From: the human T2T-CHM13v2.0 reference genome, Homo sapiens
NCBI RefSeq assembly: GCF_009914755.1
Contig: NC_060925.1
Length of the DNA: 64,000 nucleotides
Strand: one strand, 5' to 3'
Of the stretch, positions 55,835 to 64,000 are shown piece after piece. A program made the position numbers and the translations under genes. The notes beneath the pieces were generated by a model that searched no databases, was not told the origin of the DNA, and was given only the letters and a program-made list of their open reading frames with translations. Within the stretch, counting starts at the first letter, position 1. Each line of letters starts with the position of its first letter.

Positions 55835-57381
<1,547 letters not shown>

Positions 57382-57714
57382 CACAATGCTTTCTTGAGTT
57401 ACATTTATGTTGTCGCACTTTCAGTTCTCCTTCCTGAATAATATATTTCTATACAGTACAGAACCTTATCAGATAGCTAGACAGCAACGTACAGTTTCAC
57501 AAAGATAAAAGTTAAACAGAAGTTTTTCAGTCACAAATTAAGAGCCTTTTTTTCTCTCCTTCAGATCCCAAACTTTTAGTTTCGCATATTCTATCTCCCA
57601 CCCCATTTGGGCACAACTTAAACCCAAAAAATGCTACCTACCCATTGAAAGCTTCCATGTAGAGATTTTGTATGAACATGGAGATTCCAATTATAAACTT
57701 ATCTGATCCACTAT

Positions 57715-58245
57715 TGTATTGGAAATCTTCAAGAACACCCTCAGATTTGATGATTCACTAGGAGGACTCAGAAAACTCAGCACATAGTTGTACTCATGGC
57801 CGTGCTTTATCACAGCAAAGGGATATAAAGCAAAATCAGCAAAGGAAAAAGGTACATGGGGCAATGTCCAGAGAAAACCAGGCGCAAGTGTCCAAGTCTT
57901 CTCCCAGTGGAGTCACACAAGACATACTTACTTCCTCCAGCAATGAATTAAAACAACATGTGTAAAATGCTGTCTCCAAGGTTCTTCTTAGGGGGTGATC
58001 ACATAAGCACCCTCTGCCTACTACACAGCAAAATTCCAGACTCCCAGAAAGAAAGGTGTTCTCTATAAACCACATTGTTTATACAAACAGCTTAGGCACA
58101 ATGGGCCACTCTTTTTGGTTCTGGAAATGTAGGAACCCTCCCCAAATCTAAGTTCCTAGATGCCAGCCAAGGGCCAACCTTGCAAGCAGACCTCGCTAAG
58201 CATATCAGTCTCAATCAGGCCTGCTATGTTAATTCTTTCTGCACA
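57715..58245 (-). mobile_element. MER68-type ERVL solo LTR
   Basis: Right end is the reverse complement of tgtgcagaaagaattaacatagcaggcctga...ttgcaaggttggcccttggctggcatct, the MER68 start. Confidence 0.8.
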
Positions 58246-58521
58246 ACTGAGATGTTCTCTTTGGAAATAACATGGTTTTTTGTCTTGTTTTTGGAGTTCT
58301 GTGTTTTTCTATTCAAAATGCACCCCCATTTCCTGTCACTTTAACTAAAATTACCTTATTGAAATTTGTATCTTTTTGTAACTTATCAGCTACTTATGCC
58401 CAACTTTTAAAACTTTTACAAGCCACAAATATGGTGGATACATTATGGGATGATTAAATTATTTGTCTATACTTAAGTAGAATATCTATGAGAAAAATCC
58501 CTTTAAGATTTAAAGATAGTA

Positions 58522-58662
58522 ATCCAAGGTGATTCCCTCTCCAAGGGGAACATCCAGTGCCCCTCTCAGGAAAGTAGCAACCTGGAACAGAATCTGGCAT
58601 GCCTAAGGCATTTGGGGAACAGGGCTGGTTATTTCCTCTGCCTTCCTTGGCTGCCTACATGG
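58522..58662 (+). ncRNA. SNORA67: SNORA67 (U67) H/ACA snoRNA retrocopy, full length; expression doubtful (antisense to ABL2)
   Basis: atccaaggtgattccctctccaagggg...ccttccttggctgcctACAtgg matches recalled SNORA67; H box ANANNA (ACAGAA 58587-58592) and ACA 58657-58659, three nt from the end. Confidence 0.88.
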
Positions 58663-59113
58663 ATACCCAAGAGTCTTCCTTTCGGGATAGCGTGTCCTCT
58701 TGTGCACATGCTGAAGAGTTGTCTTTCTTGACGTAGGTCAGAGGCATTGATATGCAGCAAGTTTCTTTAGTCATCAACTATGACCTTCCCACCAATAGGG
58801 AAAATTATATCCACAGAATCGGTTGAGGTGGACAGTTTGGCCATAAAGGTGTGGCTATTAACATGGTGACAGAAGAAGACAAAAGGACTCTTTGAGACAT
58901 CAAGACCCTCTACAACACCTCCATTGAGGAAATGCCCCTCAATGTTGCCGACCTCATCTGAGGGGCTGTCCTGCCACCCAACCCCAGCCAGGGCTCAATC
59001 TCAGGGGTCCGAGGAACAGCAGGAGAGGGGAGGGAAGGGAGCCAAGGGATGGACATCTTGTCATTTTTTTTTCTTTGAATAAATGTCACTTTTTGAGGCA
59101 AAAGAAAAAAAAA
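58663..59113 (+). pseudogene. EIF4A1P11: EIF4A1 partially processed pseudogene (retained 3' part of the snoRNA intron, last two exons, 3' UTR, polyA); probably EIF4A1P11 (symbol from memory)
   Basis: Intron tail ending tctttcttgacgtag (58736). 58737-58961 translates [72 protein letters not shown] (eIF4A1 C-terminus, motifs V/VI). AATAAA 59078-59083; A tail; TSD aagatttaaagatagta. Confidence 0.95.
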
Positions 59114-60831
59114 GATTTAAAGATAGTAAAAAAAAAAATAATCTCAGCACACTGGGATAAATATCATTTGATGCAATTTAACATATATATCATTATTGGT
59201 CTTCTATACTGTAACAGAATTGGTAACTATTAATACTTTTTCAGCAAAGAAAAGAAAATCTTGGCTCTTATTTCTGCTTATTACCAATTAATATGCAAAT
59301 TTCCAGATTAGCTGCTAACAATATGGAAGTGCTATTCTTTTAAAAATCACCACCTAAAAACTAGTCAGGAAACCCACGCTTCCCTCTTCTTAAAAGAAAT
59401 TAACTCATGACATTTTAAAAGGAATTAGCCTTGCTGTCCTCCTACACATTTTTGTTTTCAATAGTTAACAGTATCTTAGACTGAGTATGTTCTGTTCAAC
59501 AGGTCACATAAAAAAATTAACATCACAAGAATATTTTACCTCAGCTTAAAAAATAGGAAAGGAGCCTAAATACCTGTATACAAATGTGTACTTCCTTAGT
59601 TTTTGGTTACACCAGCAAATTAAGTAACACTGGACTGTAAGTGAATCAGTGATTGATCTGTACCCTGAAATAACTGCTGAAATGTCTTCTGCCTTTTTCC
59701 CCTACAATCACTTCTGTTAACATATGTCCTGTCCTCATGTAAACTTAATATGAGCTCAACAGAATGACGAATACAGACGCCTTCAAGGAACTGAATCTAA
59801 CAGAAGAAACAAATAACAATAAAAATTGTAAGACAAAAGTACTGGATGTTAAATAGTGTGAAAAGAAATAAATGTGAAGTAAGTTCTAAAAAGAGGTAAA
59901 AACAAAAACCAACCACCAAAAACCCTTTCTCCTTCAATTTAAGATCTCCAGTTTAGAAGGTTCAAAATACATGAGTGAAAAATGACAACAAAAAATTGCT
60001 TTGTATATGTTTTGGTTAGCAATACAAAATGATACACACATCAAAGAGGCTTAAAAGGATACACCCCAGAACTTTTATTAGATTGTTGTCTCCCAGTAGG
60101 AAAGTGGGTATGGGGTTTGTTTTTAGTTTTTGCTTGATTTTTTCCCGTAATAAAACATACTGCATTTGTAAAAAGAACAAATCATTTTTTTCATTTCCCA
60201 TCAGAGAAGTAAAGGAAGAATGTAGTATATAAATGGCTTATATTTTTTCTATTTCCTAACGTCAAAACAAAATCTCTGTGTTTTAATAAACATTTTATAC
60301 TTGCACAAAGAATGAAGGTTTTCCTCTCTTCTGTTGCCTTTGTAAGCTGTTTCCTTAAAACTCAGTGATCAAAATAAATAAAATACAACTAAGTACTCCA
60401 GAAAAGATCTTCAAATTGGAAACCAGTTAGTATGCACCATCACCCTCCCTATCAGTACAGACTGCCCTCTCACTGAGGTCATCCTCTCCAGGTAACTTTC
60501 CTGGATCATCCCTCATTTTCAAGTATTATTATCCCAAAGATCATTCTTCTCAAAGTAAACAGTCTTTTTTTTTTGTTGCTATGTTCACTGCAAGTAAGAA
60601 AAAAAAAATAACCTCTATTTGTATTATTGTAACAAGCTATGCAAAGAAGCCCATGCATTAAGAAAGGCATCTTGGTAGGCAATAGCTTACAGTTAGGTCT
60701 CAGGTCTCATGTTCCAGCTCTGGCCCCACATGCTATACATTATTTCATTTAGTATGAAATTGGGATAAGAGAATTCTTTTGTCAAATTACGTGCCAGTAT
60801 CACGCTGTTTTAAATACTGCATTTTTATAAC

Positions 60832-61025
60832 AGGCAGCATAGCCTGGTGGTTAAGGCAGTACACTTGAGCTAAACTGCCTGGCTCTTTGACCCTTCTCTT
60901 TACTACTTCCTTGGCTGTGTGGCCTTGCGCACGTTATTTAACATCCCAGTAATTCAATGTCCTTATTTGTAAAACGGAGATGATAATGATACCTATCTAA
61001 TAGAAAGAGCTGATGTGAGGATTAA
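60832..61025 (+). mobile_element. MIR
   Basis: aggcagcatagcctggtggttaagg...gctgtgtggccttg...tgtaaaacggagatgataat. Confidence 0.75.
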
Positions 61026-61034
61026 AAGTTTTAG

Positions 61035-61409
<375 letters not shown>

Positions 61410-61497
61410 TAACACAGACATATGCAGAGTTAAAAGTGAAAGTTCCCTCCGCATCTCTACTCCCACCCAGCAAGGAACCTACAAAAATACTAAGATG

Positions 61498-61842
<345 letters not shown>

Positions 61843-62008
61843 TTATTTGTTTCATTCACAGTTGTCTAGACCAAGAGAAACCTCCTCTGAATCTGATTAA
61901 TAGACTCTGTACATCGGTTATTCTAGAGTTTCAGATAAATGTAGTTACTAGATAGAAACATGAGTAGTGTCTCCAACGAAGGGGCTCAGAGTGCTGCATG
62001 TAACATAA

Positions 62009-62360
<352 letters not shown>

Positions 62361-62389
62361 CATTACAACTCTTCATCAAATATTTCCAG

Positions 62390-62810
62390 CTGCCCTCCCA
62401 GGCACATAACAAAACTACACTTTCTCCATGCCCCCCGGCATTACATGAGACCACATGACTTGCTTTGGCCAGTGAGATATAAAAGGAAGTGACATATATC
62501 CCTTCTGGCTTTTAGTTTCCACTAGTACTTGACTCATTACTCTGTTTCTCTCTGCAATGCTAACTGCCAGCTTTCTAGAACGATGGTTGAAGACTCTGTC
62601 AGCCTGGGTCTCTGGGTGATAAAAAATGGGTATAGCCCACCTCCCACCTCCTTTGGGGGGTCTGAGGGGGTAAGACCCACCTCCTGATCCATATGGGACA
62701 TGTATTACAAGTGACAAACTTTGGATGTGTTAATCCACTGAGATTAGGGAGGGCGGGTAAGGGGGATTGTTGTTGTGGGTACTAACTTATTACCTAGTCT
62801 ATCCTGATTA
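62390..62810 (+). mobile_element. Old MLT1-type LTR
   Basis: ccacatgacttgctttggccagtgagat...ccactgagattaggg...ctagtctatcctgatta. Confidence 0.6.
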
Positions 62811-62934
62811 GACAGACCAACTGATTCTAAAGTTAAAATAAAATGTAAGCAAACAAGAACAGCCAGGAATATTCTGAAAAAATAACAATGAAGAGGAACT
62901 AGCCCTGCCAATAACAGCAAAAAAATAAAGACCT

Positions 62935-63178
62935 AATACTTATACAACACCAACTACAGGCTAAGTACTTTTCTAAGCACTTTATATAGCTTAACTAATT
63001 TAATCCTTGCATCAGCCCTCTATTAGATAGGTATCATTATCATCTCTATTTTACAAATAAGGACATTGAATTACAGGGATGTTGAATAACATGCCCAAGG
63101 TCACACAGCTAAGAAAGTGATAAAGACAAGACTCAAAGCTAGGCAGCTTAGTTCAAGTCTATACCCTTAACTACCATT
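62935..63178 (-). mobile_element. MIR
   Basis: ttaatccttgcatcagccct...attttacaaataagga...gcccaaggtcacacagct. Confidence 0.75.
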
Positions 63179-64000
63179 ATACATTATAATGTATACATGT
63201 ACATTATAAAAGTACAATAATTAAAACTGTGATATTGGCACATTATTTGACAGGCAAATTAAGAGAACATAAAGTGCAGAAATAGAATCAAATGCACACA
63301 GGATTTAGCATACAAAAAGGTGGATAAAAGCTTATTCAACACATGGTTATTCTGAAATCCCCACCCCCTTTCTATAAGCAATTCCAAATTCAAGGCATTT
63401 ATTCTATAGCCATACTAGCACATGTCTAAAATGACACATATTAGGGTTTGTACTAGGACACTGTTTACAACAGCAAAAAACTGAAAACAAAGTAATTATA
63501 TAATTCATCCACACAATGAAATGCTATGCATCCATTTAAAAAAAAAAAAAAAGCAAGTTCTTTATTTACTGACATGAAAGAATGTCCAACATAAGCTATA
63601 TAATAGCATCCATCTAGGGGGAAAAAAAAAGAATGGGGAGAATATACACGGATACAGGTACACATGCATAATATATCTCTGAAAGTATATACAACGAACT
63701 GGTGATTTGGATTGCCAAAATTTGGGTGGCTGAAGAAAAGGAGTGGCAGGAAGACTTCAAACTGTATCTCTTGAATTTTGAACCACATAAATGTACTGAC
63801 CCTTCAATAAACAAACAAATGATTTAAATTTTTTTAAAAAACTCAGCCATTTAGCAGCAGGGATAAATGCCGAAAGGATAGATTGAGAATTCTCTTGATA
63901 AAGGAGCTGAGCAGCCATTACACTCCACATACAAGCTGAAACTGAGAAAGCCAGCTGGAAGAAAGGAAAACTGAACAGATGTACAGAGCGAAAAAGAGAT

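Noticed and set aside
58522-58662. SNORA67 copy as a functional intronic snoRNA of ABL2
   Set aside because: H and ACA boxes persist, but it lies antisense to ABL2, so it cannot be processed from the ABL2 intron, and no plus-strand host is evident.
59293-59300. Octamer motif ATGCAAAT as an enhancer
   Set aside because: A single 8-mer is expected by chance in AT-rich DNA and also occurs inside L1 and MITE relics here.

Overview
Primate (very probably human) genomic DNA, with no CpG island and roughly 60 Alu copies. The first 34 bases read on the minus strand as ATG GTC CTT GGG ACA GTT CTC CTT CCA CCT AAT = MVLGTVLLPPN, the N-terminus of the ABL2 (ARG tyrosine kinase) 1A isoform. The window is therefore the alternative exon-1A promoter plus part of the very long first intron of the ABL2 1B transcript (gene on the minus strand). 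No other protein-coding exon is securely present, and nearly all listed ORFs are Alu, L1 or LTR read-throughs. Accessory content includes a near full-length Tigger1 DNA transposon split by three Alus, MITEs, MaLR/ERV solo LTRs, L1/L2/MIR relics and a full-length SET (TAF-I alpha) processed pseudogene. The most interesting element is a TSD-flanked retrocopy that begins exactly at the 5' end of the H/ACA snoRNA SNORA67 and runs through the retained downstream EIF4A1 intron, two spliced EIF4A1 exons, the 3' UTR and a polyA tail. It is a fossil of a snoRNA-capped, polyadenylated host RNA. Several local DNA-repair scars are readable: a 457-bp copy of part of that locus inserted into an Alu 5 kb away with an apparent gene-conversion tract, a 64-bp templated patch, and a 623-bp inversion bounded by microhomology. 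A hairpin that hides a splice donor and some candidate cassette or poison exons are also flagged. Repeat boundaries and subfamily names come from recognition by eye and are approximate.
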